DNA from: Tubiluchus corallicola
Lineage: Eukaryota > Animalia > Priapulida
NCBI GenBank assembly: GCA_030141605.1
Contig: JAQGDQ010000333.1
Location: 124,001 to 188,000, forward strand
DNA: 64,000 nt
Direction: 5' to 3'
Part shown: positions 1-12,636 of the stretch, in pieces
How the letters are laid out: each line of letters opens with the position of its first letter
Numbering within the stretch: the stretch's first letter is position 1
Position numbers and translations under genes: made by a program
The notes under the pieces: generated by a model
Seen by the model: only the letters and a program-made list of their open reading frames with translations
Told to the model about the DNA's origin: nothing
Databases searched by the model: none

Positions 1-104
1 CGACACTGTCGGCTACACTACAATACAAGTGCAGCAGCAGATATTATGGGGATTTTTTAGCCACACTGAATAAACGTTTGTCATGTGTCACTGCATGAAG
101 ATAC

Positions 105-976
105 TAGGGATGTCACGAATCTGAAATTACGAAACGCGAATGTACACTGAATCTTATTTTCATAATAATTTTCTAATCCGAATCTCAGTTTAAAAGTATT
201 TTCAGACGCGAATCGAATTAGAAACTCAAATTTTCAGTTTGTTGTTTCAACCGAATCTTTTTCGAATCCATCACACTTTGCATCCAAATTACAGCAGATT
301 GGTAAGACAGCAGTGTTTTACGAAGAATTACAGATGTACTGTTCGGGAGCAGCACGTTTGACAGTAATTTGGCAATAATAAAAACTATAGAGTATAGATG
401 ATCTAATTATTTTGTAACAGCTTTTTGTGCCGATGCCAACAATATAACGTGATCCGTTAGTCAAAAAATTCCTCATAGTGCCTTTACCTACACCCCAAGA
501 GTCCGTGTAATGTGGATGACAAAAAATTCGGCCATTTAAGCCACATAGTGCATTGTTAGCGAAGCCACGTCGTGCGTTGTTAGCAAAACCGCGTTCTGTC
601 AAAGTAATACAAGAAATCTTAGCATTTTTGTCGAAACTAGCACTTAAAATCATAATGTGACCCGTGCTTTCGCTTAAAACTTCATGAGTTGGACACATGC
701 TGAAAATGAATATGGCGATGTCGGCATATTTACAGGAGGGCAAAATTACCAAAAAAGGCAGCAATTTCAGGATATTGCCAAAAATTTTAAAGCTAGATGA
801 GCGTATAATGCTTTTATAACAAAGCACAACCGAATCGCCTCTGTAGCCAAAGCTAAATGGGATTTTTTTCAAAATTCCCTGCCGAATCAGGTCAGATTTG
901 AAGTAACTTAGATCAAAGCTCTGATTCAGATTCGGTTTCGAAACTCCAGTTCTGTCGGAGCTTCGCGACATTCCTA
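105..976. mobile_element. Non-autonomous hAT-type DNA transposon (MITE)
   Basis: TIRs TAGGGATGTCACGAA ... TTCGCGACATTCCTA. 8-bp TSD gaagatac (97-104) / gaaggtac (977-984), 1 mismatch. Many subterminal (C)CGAATC motifs, inverted at the right end. Confidence 0.85.
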
Positions 977-1715
977 GAAGGTACACAATAATATCTCATA
1001 CAAATGGGAAAAAAATGTGTGTGAAGTTTTCGCCAAATGCAAACATAGCCAAAACGATCTCGCGAGACTTTTGGTATAATTTTGTTTATTTATTTTCGTC
1101 ACTTAAACTATTCAAAAACCGTTTTCAATAGCCCATTACAAAAACCGTATTATCATGAATACCGAAGTTTTATAACTACCATTGTGATGACAGAGATAAC
1201 TAATGAATGTTTAAAAATGACATTCAAGTATTTTTGACACACTTAATAATGTGGCACTGGTTTCAAATCTGAACTATTTCAAAACTTTAGCATTATGTTA
1301 CAGTTGCTTGAAAATGAGTTTTACCTTTACAGTCCTAAGTTTATGTTGAACAATGCCAGCTCAACAGTTAAGAATCAATTAATATTGGATAACTGAGACA
1401 TGTTTAAAGCACTACTTTACATGCAAAGCAGGCAGTATATCTAGAATATCCACACTGCACAGTATTTTAGCTAAAGTGAATAAACAAAGCTAGTAAAGAT
1501 GTTAGCAAAACTGTTAAAACTAAAGCCAGAATTTCATGGTACTCAGGAGTAACTGGAAGATCTGACGCAATTATCACTTTCGTTCGGCAATACATTAGTT
1601 ATGAAATCGTTAAAACATGGCTGCAAACACCTATCATCTACAAGATACTAATAAAATTTTTAGAAAATATTGCAAATGTGTTGATGAACATGAAAATGAA
1701 AAACAAATGGCATAC

Positions 1716-4700
1716 CAGCAATTAGTCTATCAGCATTAACCATGTGTAACCAGCTGACATCAGCATCATCAAGATCATAGCGACAAACTCGGAATGCTCT
1801 TCTTTCAACTGTTTGTAGCTGATGAATGTGGTTTTGAAAAAAATCATCACGCAATGAACGCAGAAGTTTTTTCGGCCTGTAAATGGACAATACTTGCACC
1901 ACCGACAACAACATCTTGAATAATATTTAAGCAGCATCCGCAGAATAATAACAAGTGCTTTTAAATGACCAAACACACAAAAGTAATACGTAATTTCACT
2001 TTGTAGCATTGCTGACGCCTGTTAGATGCCAGATAAAACTGGGAAATATTTCAACTAGTTAGCAAAACTGAGTACTGGTAGGCGGTTACAGATTATCACG
2101 AAACTTATCTAGCAACAGGAAAAACTGCCTTTTTTTCTAATGAATACAGAAAAGCAAATACTTACAAACGAAAACTCTTGGAAAATGGCAATGGCTCTAC
2201 TTTGCTAAATAAATAAAAATAACACAATATTAGCTAACACCATGACACAAAATACTAGATGTTTCAGGCAAATACATGAACCAGGGAACCTTGTACTGCA
2301 AGTAAAATGGCATTACCACCAGACCTTCGTGAGATCTGCAAGTTGTAATAGTATTATGCCAATTTTAACAGCTCATTCGCCAGACCAATATTTCCAAGAG
2401 CAATTTCATTCACAGTAGAGTAATTATTAAATAATTATGTTAAACTTAGTGTGAATTTCGTATAATTCATTGTTTGAACATTCGACCCTGGAATACTTTC
2501 CTTGTACACTCTTGTGTTAGTCTTGTGGTAGATTAAAACAGATATATAGCTGTATTGATTAATAGTTTCATGCATCAGTTACAGTATCACCATGTAGGCT
2601 AACCCCATGCTCCAGACTATAATATAACTGTTGGGACGAGATACATTACTGCGCTAAAATGATAAATTTAGGTGCACCCATTCTCTTGTATAAACTGAAT
2701 TTAGAGTCATTTGCATCTTTATATTAATTATTTCCTGAAGATGATGCCATGACAACGAATTGTTTTTTTTTGGTTGGCTTAGTGCCAAGATTTTTGCTTC
2801 GCGAAAAGAGCACTCAGCAGGTGGTCAATGCAGTGAGGACAGGATATTCGAATAGCAAAAATGTTCCAAACTTTGAATAAATAAATTATTTGTGCTTGAT
2901 TAACTAAGTACTTATCATCTCAACTTTAATAATCATTGGTTAATGAAGGAATGATCCCACATGGCATCCTGAGTATGTGCAAAACTTATGCCCAAAAAAA
3001 GGGAATGTAAAAAATTTGGTAATGAGCAGATGTTTAACTGCACATTAATGCCAAGACCACTAAATCACACAGCCTTAGTAATCTTAGCAAGATTAAATTC
3101 CATCATGCAACTCACCAATTAATCCAACATTTGCAGGTGTTTGTGACAATGAAAGAGGAATTCTTTTATTAACAAGATTTGTACAAATTTCAGATCACGT
3201 CCTTATTTTAGTCATACAAACTACGGGACGAGTGTTCCCAGGTCACGCCTAGCTATTCTTAACATTTAATCAAGTATGATAAGAATAAATTATATTAATC
3301 ATTTACTATAGGTAAATGACAGTTTTGGTTTGTTAAAAATGAAATAGCAAGTAAATTATAATTATAAGGATACATAGGATGCATTTTAACAGCATTCATT
3401 TTAATAAATCTCAACCTGAAAGTACTCAAGCCAAGCACCCAGTTCTGTAAATTCGCAAAATGAAAAACAAAACACCAGGTAAGAGAAAATAAAAGCAAAA
3501 CAGCTTTAAATGACGAGAAATGATAAAGATTTTGGCCACAAATGTCAAGTATTTGATTTTGGAAGTTTTTTCTACAATTAATGTTTTAGATGTTAATTAA
3601 TCAGACAACAGCTAAAAGGTTAGCATAGCGTGTCACGATGAAACATGGTGACTGACTACAGCTCGTTAAATGATTAAAAAACTTTGACCAGATCAATAGC
3701 TGTTACATCTTAATGTAAGGAAAAAGAAAAAGTGAAAACAGCCTTGAAGAATGCCCTTGAAGCTTTCTATAGAAGCTTTGAAGCGATTACAACAAACATA
3801 GGCATTAATTATTTGGCAGCACCTTGACTAAAAAATATTTGGTACCATCCTATTGTAACATTAAATTCCACAAGAAATCACATAGAATGTTTTGAAGTTA
3901 TACGACAGGTTAAACTGAAATAAAAATTATGTTTTGCTCATAATTGATACCTATATTCTTATATTACATAACCCAATGCATAACAATACATACGTAACAT
4001 TAGATTTACTAAGCGCTTCGGGATGAACTGGAACTTGTACACCCTTTTCCCATTCCTCTCTCCAGGAATCAGTTAACATGTAATAGCTATCCAGCGGGAG
4101 CTGCTCTGTATCTGGAAGCTTCATGGCACTGATTAAATCTTTCCGAAACAACTAGAAGTGAAAAAAGTAAATGAGCACAATAAACATTGTGTACAAAAAC
4201 TTGATTTTTAGCAATTTAGTGATTTCTACTAAATTTGTTCAAGCGAGATTTATTATTTGCTGAAATCAAGATTAGTTCAGTATAGAGCATTAAGATTTCT
4301 GACAATTTTAATATACGGTTTATTATTTATTATTTATACGGTAAAAAAAGACAAGAGCTTGTAGTGTGTGCTGTAAAAGTACTTCAAAAATGTAAAATTA
4401 TCTTGTTTGGCTTCTGTTTTTAGTAAAATTCAAATGTGTTTTAAAATATATTTATTTCCACCATAAATATTTTACCTCTGCAGGTTTTTGCTTAACTGCA
4501 AAATTCAGCTTAGATGGTTTGTCTGCTTGACCTAGGCTCCACCATGGCCATTCTATTAAGAAATGAAAATTATGAAATTCATCATACATTTAAAAACAAA
4601 TTGTAAAAAATACCTTTTGGTGGCTTACATAGAAAATTATATGTAAACAATTCAGTAGGCCAATAATAAAATTTTACTATTTGAATCAAACTATTAGAAT

Positions 4701-7700
4701 ATTTAGCATCATTTGCATTTTAAGACATAAATACGTGGCAGCACAGGGTGTAAATTTAGCAACTTTTTTCTACAGGTACTGTATATAGGCAGCTAAAAAA
4801 TTGCCTGCTATATATTTTTTCAATGAGTATAGAATACTATACAAATTTTAATTATGAACAGGAATTTCACAACATTACATAGCATGTTAATTAATTCAGG
4901 CACTTGAAAACATTTAATATTAAAACAACACAACATTTATTAGAAACTTAATTTACAACTTTTTAAAAAACATGTTCAAATGTTTTGATAGAAATCAGCT
5001 GTCATCATCAGTGGTACATTATACAAACAACAATCTGTTTAACATCACAAACATCTGAGTATTTTGTCTAGAACTGGCAAGAAATTAAAAAAATTCTCCT
5101 CAATCTAGCATTAATGACCAACTCCTGAATCCAGCATTAATTACAAAGAATGATTTTAATCATTTCAGCATTATGATTAGAGCTACAAATAATTGGTGTT
5201 TATTAATAAAAGAAAGTTTATCTATGTACCCTAATAAGTCTTCTCTTAATATGCAAAGTTTTTCAATTTCATTAACTTAATTTACAAACACTTAGCTAAC
5301 TGTTGGTGTAACTATTTCCATTTCACAGGTCTGTTTATTCATTACATAAATATATAATTAGTGCATAATTCTCTGCACTGTAGGCTCCGCCTGTATAAAC
5401 TGGCTGTTATTTGTATAGTGTACCACTGATGATGACAGCTGAAATATTTGGACATGTTTCTTAAAGAGATGTAAAGAAAATTTTTTAAAAAGTTGTTGTT
5501 TTAAAAAAAGCATAGTTTTTCCTATACTACTACTCATGCTTTTTCTACTCAAACTATGCTTAACATTAAATTCATCATTTAAGCCACTTAATAAAAATTC
5601 TCAAATGATGCTGTATTAACTTTTTGGTTGTTATGTTGTGCGTACACCATATATCTAAATACCATACATGTATGTTATGTGTCTACCAAGCAATTGAATT
5701 CAATGGCATCATGAAAAACGAATACCAAAACTGTTCACAAGCAAGTCAGTCTTCTTGATGAATTTTGGGTAATCTATACTGAAATACTAACCAGCAACAG
5801 ATTCTACCCAAACGTGAATTTTGTCTTTGTATTTTGTTTTTCACATTTTTGCCTTTTTAAAATAGCTTGTTTGGTGTGTGAGTAAGCTTGAGTGGTTGAA
5901 ATCTAGCAAGCGTCAACAAGAATGTCATTGCCATGGATGCATCCTGACAGTAACACAGCAAAAACTTTTGGGAATTTAGGCCATGTACATTGACTCCTTT
6001 AAGATGCAAGGTTTCAATAAGGAGACATAGTAAACCTGACAAGCTTAGTTTACCAGCCAGCGAAACAAGTATAGAAATGACTTCTGCCTGTTCTTGGGCA
6101 GATTTACCAAATTTCCGGGAATAATAGTATTAAATTTGCGCCTTTCTGTAGAATTAATGTGTCTGAAAATAGTCAAAGGAATTTGAGGTGAAAAACAGAA
6201 ATGAATGAATTTGCCATTATTGAGGTAATTAAGATCAGTTTAATGAATAAAATATTTGAAAGTTTGGTTACCTTTACTAGACATCTCTTCATCTTGAAAC
6301 TGATCAACAGATTCATCTTCAGGAAACAGTCCCCTTGCTCCTGTAAATTGCATTAACACTACTTTATTGGCAGAAAATGTAAAATTCAGATTATTACGAA
6401 TCCATCAAAGAATTTATGTAAAAAAGGATGACTCTGCTTGAAATGGCATATAAAGATCAACTAAAAAAGTTAAAGCACTGTCTGACATCTTTTATAAATA
6501 TCAATTTGTTTAGTTTTGTTTACACATAACTGAAAGTTTTTTTCAGATTAATTGCTGGGAGGTTCAATTTCATCACTTTGCAGGAAAGTTGATTATTATT
6601 TATTTATAGTTTTGTAATGTTCTTACACATAGCTAAACTAGGTATTGCTATAGTATAATCTGTGGGAAGGGCTTTCTACCTATCACCCCACCTTTCATAA
6701 TATGCATAACATCATCTTGGAAAGTACATGACACAGATATCCAGAAGTACAGTGGAACTGCTGAATCATAAAGCAGCCAAAATGCTTTAACTTTTAACTT
6801 TACTTTACAAAAAAATGGTTGAAACTCTAAACTTGTTATAAGAGTCTCTGAAGGACTAAACTTCTGCACATCCGCTGTTTGACTGATCTAACAGAAACAG
6901 ACTATCAGTGGTGATACCAAAATACTTGTTTCGATATTCTGGATGAAGCTTTATTCACTGATGAGATGTTGGAACTCTGTACAATGTGACTAATTCCAAA
7001 TTACACGGAGAGGCGTGACTAGCCACCAGTATCCAAACGTTGGGGACATAATTGAGTTAACCACAAAGACTTGTGAGCCATTCCTTAAGTGCTGCAACAG
7101 GTGTCATCACCGTTGATTGCTATGGCCATAGACTGAGGTTGCTGATGTTTTGCTGTGACTGACTCTGAAGTGAGCTATGCCCGTGGACTCCTCTCTCAGG
7201 GGAAGGGTTAACTGATAAGTAGACATTTTGTTTTTCTTTTTACATTGTCATTTTTGTTATTGTTAACTGCCCTTTGCAAAACTGTTAATGATAGTTGTGA
7301 TAATAGGACCTGTTCTGATTTATCTAAATGAACTAAAAAGTAAATAAAAATAATTAATCTTTTCCGCCATTTCATGTGAGATTTAGTTGTTGGAATGTTT
7401 GAAATCTATGTATGTCATGGTCAACATGGAAAACCATAATGCCTAAGTAGACGCCTGTAAAACGTAACATCAAGCCTGGGACCCGCTGGTTTTTTTAAGT
7501 GAGCCCTTCGAAATTGCAACGTCTCTAAAAAACACATATTAATTACACCTGAGTCGTTGATTTTCTGGTTCATATGCCTTGTTACCCTCTGGAAAATGGT
7601 AGGACAACAACCGCCCACATATGTTACACAACCCCTTTTGTTGTGAATAAAAGATGACCCAACAGGTTAATCAAATTTGTGGATCAGTTGAGAGGTAAAA

Positions 7701-10700
7701 GTTGAGCCCCACCATAAAAATGTACTAGCTCCCATCACATTTGGTGGCAGCGGTTTTCTTTATGACAAACCCATTTTACAAAGTTGCAAATGTTTATTTT
7801 TCATTCTGCTTAGTAGTTTTGCTTCGTAGACTAACCAAGTTATTAACCTTGGAGTAAAGTATCAAAGTTGTTTTTGTTGGTGAAAGAAAGAAGCCATACA
7901 GTATTAAACTCTCAAATTCAGCCCTACATAGTAATATTGTTAATTTTGTTTGAAATTTGGATGTATTGTTATCTGCCTGAAGATATTGATATGACTGTTG
8001 TTGTGGTTAGGATTATTTCTATTTGAACCATTAAATGCATGTGCCGATTAATTGTCTAATATGCGCTTAGTTTACATTGCAATTATTGTCTGATAAGCCT
8101 GCATTTCTCAGTCAACTGTTTTTGATTAGAAATTTCCACTCAGTGTGACCCAGATAATATTAACTGGTCACATTCAGATAAATTTGCATTTATAAGCTGC
8201 TGCATGTACCAGCAGCTGGTAAATGCAGAGCTATTGAAAATTTTATTGCTCTTAACTGTCCTTGAAGAATTGTTAAGCCTTTGGCATTACCCTGTTGATA
8301 CAAAGTTTATCGTTGAAGCCAAGTGACTTATTGCTTATTCAGTTAAACAGGAATTGCAAATCCCTGCTCATTTTTGAGATAAACTATTGTACCATGGAGG
8401 CATTCACGTATGAAGAATTAAACAGTAAACCTGTCACTGAGTTAAAGAGAATTTCTAACACTCTAAATATTAAAGTTGGACAACTTACAAAGCAAGGGTT
8501 AATTATTGAAATTTTAGTGACTCAGCTCCAACATGATAAACACCCAAATTTATCTCAGGAGACTGCTCAAGCAAAAATTGACACATTAGTGCATACAGAT
8601 GGTGGTAAACAACCAATTTACTTATTTGACCCTTTACAGATAAAGTGGAAGCATCAACTGATAAACAAACAAACCTCAGTACTGTGCAACAGGTCAATGA
8701 GCCCAGCGTTAGACCAAAACTTCCAGCACAAATAACTGCTGCAGAAGGTGACCCTGATTTTGAACAAGTCAGAGATACTGGTTTTGGGATAAAAAATCTT
8801 CAGCACAACTGGAAAAGCTCAGTCAGCTGAACAATTACAAGTTCTTTCACAAATACTGCAATAACATATGAATTTGAACAAAGAAAGATGGAATTGGCTG
8901 ACAAACAAGCAAGCTGGTACCCATCCCAGGTAAAAGTGAAATCGCAACTGGGTGGCTAATTGCTGCAGTGGAAGAGAATCTCCCAGCTAATTTTGTATTG
9001 GGGACACACTTTAAAATGAGCCTTACTCCCATCTCTGCTAAAGATATGGCCAAAATTAAAGAGAAAGATACTCCCTTCTCGAATAAAGTGAAAGCGGAGG
9101 TTAGGTTTTCTAAAAAAAGACCGCTAGTCATCCATCCTAAACATAAAAAGGAAGAAAAAGAGAAATGTATAGCTATCTCAAAAGCTACTAGCACAACAGA
9201 CTCCAGTGAGTAGTACAATAAAAAAGATACTCCTAATGCCATTGCTATCACTGAAGATAGTCAGCAAATGGATGCTAAGACTTCGAGTATTTCTTGTCAA
9301 ACTTTGAAAGATGCCTTAAAGGTTGACGCTTGGACCAACTTCTAAATTCTAAATGATCCTAGGCTGTATGTATCTTGTTCACCAGACGTACTTGTTGTTA
9401 CTCGGTCTCAAGCACGCAAACAAACCTTGAGCAACGAATACAAACTGATGCAGTAAAGATGCTTACTGATGAACAAAAGCAAGAAAGTCTTGAATAGAAT
9501 GATAGTACAGATACTCTTCCAGATAGCCCAAATACTCTAGCAGCAGAATATCAAGACACAGATCTTTTAGCAAGTGTCAACACGATTAAACTTGCTGCCG
9601 AGCAAAGAACGGATGCCACTTTCAGAAACATTTCTGATCATCTTCTGATGTATTCTGAAGCAAGGAAACAAGGATCAGGATACTTTCTCAGAGATAGCCC
9701 CTTTTTCCTTCTCAAGAAAAAGAAGCGACACAATTCCTTTTTACAGTTACTAGTAGTACCTTATACCAGAAGATAACAGGCTCTTGAGCCACAAAGAAGT
9801 ATATTTAAACTTGCACTTCGTGTCAGAAAACCAGCCATAATGAAAGCAGATAGAGCTAGACTCAAACCACTTCCTATTATTGAAAAGCCATTTGCGCGGT
9901 TGAATATTGACATGATTGGCCGTGTGCAGAAAGTGAAGCAAGGCGACAGATAAATGTGTCACAAATTTCCACTTTACAAATTTTTTACTTTATCCGTAAA
10001 TGGGGATGGGGTGAAATGAGGTAAACCGGAGATGGGGTTAGGAAAGACCGTAAGTCATCTAATCACTCACCCCTTATAATTTAATATTGTAATAGCGGGA
10101 AAAAATGATGAAGCAGAAAAAAGTAATGAAGCAGAAAAAAATTGATGAAGCAGAAAAAAATTGAAGACTTATCTAAATAAATGATTGCTGTTCTGATTTA
10201 TCTAAATGAACTAAAAAGTAAATAAAAAAAAATCATAATCTTTTACGCCATTTCATATAAGATTTTGTTGTCGGAATGTTTGAAATCTATGTATGACATG
10301 GTCAACATGGAAACAATAATGCCCAAGTAGACCCCAGTAAAACGTAACATCAAGCCTTAGACCCGCTGGTTTTCAAGCGAGCCCTTCGACATTGCCAATT
10401 CTCTAAAAAAGACGTATTAATTGCACCTGTATCGTTGATTTTCTGGTTCGTATGCCTTGTTGCTCTCTCGAAAATTGTAGGACACCAACCGTCCAGGTAT
10501 GTTGCACAACCCGTTTTATTGTGAATAAAAGATGATGCGACAGGTTAGTCAGATTTATGGTGAGTTGGGAGGTCAAGAGTTGCACTCCCACCATAAAAAT
10601 CTACTAGCTCCACTGTTAGTAATCAATCACTTTTTAATTTATCAATTGACCAGTCTAGGCCGTTGTTCGCATTTCAAAAAGTAAAAAAGGTAGCTTTTAC

Positions 10701-11176
10701 AAACTTTTGATAGAGAAAGTAGTGTAAACTTTTGGAATTTTTTGCACTAACAATAACTAGTGTGGATTTAAGGGCTTCAGGAATTGCCAATATATATGGC
10801 ACAACAGTGGCAGTCATCAGCAATATATGTTACTATTACTAGTCTGGCAACTAATACCTAATGTATCAAGATAACTGACAGGCAACCATAAATTATTGGC
10901 ATTTAGTTTTAGACATATTCATTATCTCGAAAAAGGATAGCCTTTAAAATTACTATTTTCATACAGTTTACATTAAATAAATAATAATAATATGATATAA
11001 ATAACATATTTAAGCACAAGTAGTCAAAAATATTCATAAAGATATAAGCACAGATAATACGTATGTTTGTGTATTCTTTATGAGTAAATTTGACTAGTCA
11101 TCTACATGTCTACAATTTTACCTCGAAATTCACTCAGTTTATTCAGTAAGCGTTTGATTCTCTGAGATGGTGCCAT
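1716..11176 (-). CDS. JADE: JADE/PHF15-16-17 (rhinoceros-like) HBO1-complex scaffold, N-terminal part with EPL1/EPC-N domain; the gene continues beyond the left window edge
   Basis: Phase-consistent GT-AG exons 11176-11122, 6340-6272, 4552-4476, 4151-3994, 2204-2166, 1876-1716. They give [28 protein letters not shown]...[48 protein letters not shown]...PKK...[18 protein letters not shown], matching the JADE-family motifs [27 protein letters not shown] and CRYDLD..D..WL. The two most 5' coding exons are less certain; the PHD fingers are not in the window. Confidence 0.88.
4945..5490 (+). mobile_element. Penelope-like retroelement 3' remnant (GIY-YIG C-terminus) flanked by inverted pseudo-LTR copies with degenerate hammerhead motifs
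   Basis: 5050-5280 translates (with stops) to ...[10 protein letters not shown]...[36 protein letters not shown], like the Penelope/Poseidon LLIKESL..I...P.LN tail. 4965-5040 is an inverted copy of 5397-5465, and both contain GTACCA-CTGATGA-TGACAG. Confidence 0.75.
6650..7220 (+). mobile_element. Highly decayed CR1/L2-type LINE 3' remnant
   Basis: SF...RCWNS-like C-terminal motif near 6950-6982, followed by a GC-richer 3'UTR-like tail; many stops. Confidence 0.35.
7311..10611 (+). mobile_element. Decayed, internally deleted Ty3/Gypsy LTR retrotransposon (Gmr1-like), antisense inside a JADE intron
   Basis: Direct repeats 7311-7739 and 10189-10611 (clearly homologous but diverged). 5' LTR ends CA, followed by PBS TGGTGGCAGCGG (7742-7753). 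PPT tggggatgggg at about 10001-10011. Gag-like ORF 8394-8735, protease tail ([17 protein letters not shown]), VVTRSQA motif, integrase N-terminal remnants ([25 protein letters not shown]). No RT seen. Confidence 0.85.
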
Positions 11177-11426
11177 TCTGATCTTTGTTTAAAATAACTT
11201 GGTGGGCTCGGTTACATCAAAATGTGGTGTCACTATCCAATGTGGTTCTTTCACTTCTTTATTTTTTGCACTTATGACATTACCAAAACCAATGTAAATT
11301 TAATTTGCTTTGTATAAACACCATAAAAAAACTCTGAAAGGAAAATACAAGGATTGACCAAAGAGCAAACTTCAAATCTTTTAATACATATCATAAAAAG
11401 AAAATGGTATATTTCTATTTCACGAA

Positions 11427-12031
11427 CAGCAAGTCCTCGCTTAATGACTCCCTATTTAATGACATTTTGTTTTAAGAACACTAAACATTTGACACCTTCC
11501 TCACTTAATGATGCCTATTTCATTTTAAAGGCAATTTTTTTAATTTATGATTTTTTTTACCTATATAAAGTACTAAAACACACTAATAACGTAAAACAGT
11601 ACAATTATTTGTTTTTGCTTTCCAGATGACCCCTAAAATTTAATACTAGCCGTTTGCAGCAAGCAAGATCTACTTGCAGTTTATATGCCGCCAGGCACCT
11701 GGGTACAAACTTTATGCTAAGGAATTTTGCCAGCAACCTATTGCTTTTTTTTTAGCAATGAGCATTTAGACGAAATTGTCCCAATCCACAGTGGTTAATC
11801 ACCAAGAAAGATAGGTGCTTTTATGCAAGCAGTAAGAAATTAATCAGTAGAAATTGAATAAACTCATAAGATGTTTATTTACATGAATTATGCAGCACAT
11901 TTACTTTGTCTTTGGAATATTAGTAGTCTTTTACATTACTTTCTGTGGAAGCCTTAGCTTTGTTTAAAGATTTTTAGCTAAAGATTTCGTTTTGCTGGAA
12001 TGCATTAGAGTCGTTACGCGAGGACTTACTG
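11427..12031. mobile_element. Tc1/mariner (pogo/Tigger-like) MITE
   Basis: TIRs CAGCAAGTCCTCGCTTAATGAC ... GTCGTTACGCGAGGACTTACTG; TA on the right flank, left TA mutated to AA. Confidence 0.7.
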
Positions 12032-12636
12032 TATCTTGCAGCTTCTTTTAATGACTACCATAGGGAGTCCACAATGTGCAATACAACAACAGTTTAAAAT
12101 CGCCTTCTCTACACATGTGCTGTTGTCAATTTACATTTGCATGGCTGACTCGATGTGTCTATACTCTTCTGTTAACATTAAACATGTAAAACTAAATCAG
12201 AATATACAATTATTTTATATAAATCACTATAAAATTGATCACAGACAATGGAACTGCAATGGAACGACTAGAGTCACTAGACAATATGTAACTGTTAAAT
12301 AGCAGTTGCGAAATGATAGCATGATGTCAGGCAGTGTGTAAATGGAGCCTGTTTATAGCCAGCAAATCATTTAAATTTGTATTTGTCAAGGAGTAGAATT
12401 AGGCACTCTATCACAATCCAGGTTCGTATTTGGATCAGCACATTTTACTAATTTTCATCTGTTATCACTACCTCCTCGGTAAAGTATTATGGTCTAAGTT
12501 AGTGTTATTATATAAAATATATTAATTATTGAAACACAAAATAATCACGGATGTACTTGAATAAACAAACTGCTACAAGTCGTCTAGAGTTTTTTGTTTC
12601 TAGAAATGAATCTATGTGCTCAAGTAAAGTAATTAT

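Noticed and set aside
318-986. 222-aa minus-strand ORF
   Set aside because: It lies almost wholly inside a hAT MITE, has no recognisable domain and starts at a non-ATG codon; likely a chance ORF.
1056-1068. TCTCGCGAGA palindrome as a promoter motif
   Set aside because: Intronic and in TE-like context; no other promoter evidence.
2725-2765. CTGAAGA...CGAAT hammerhead-like motif (also a similar one at 14235-14272)
   Set aside because: Core and stems are too degenerate to support a call.
3116-3250. Possible JADE exon (good GTGAGT donor)
   Set aside because: Stop in the required frame; the protein is already continuous via the 2204-2166 exon.
4744-6148. hAT-like element CAGGGTGTAAATTTA ... TAAATTTGCGCCTTTCTG around the Penelope remnant
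   Set aside because: The right TIR is weak and there is no TSD.
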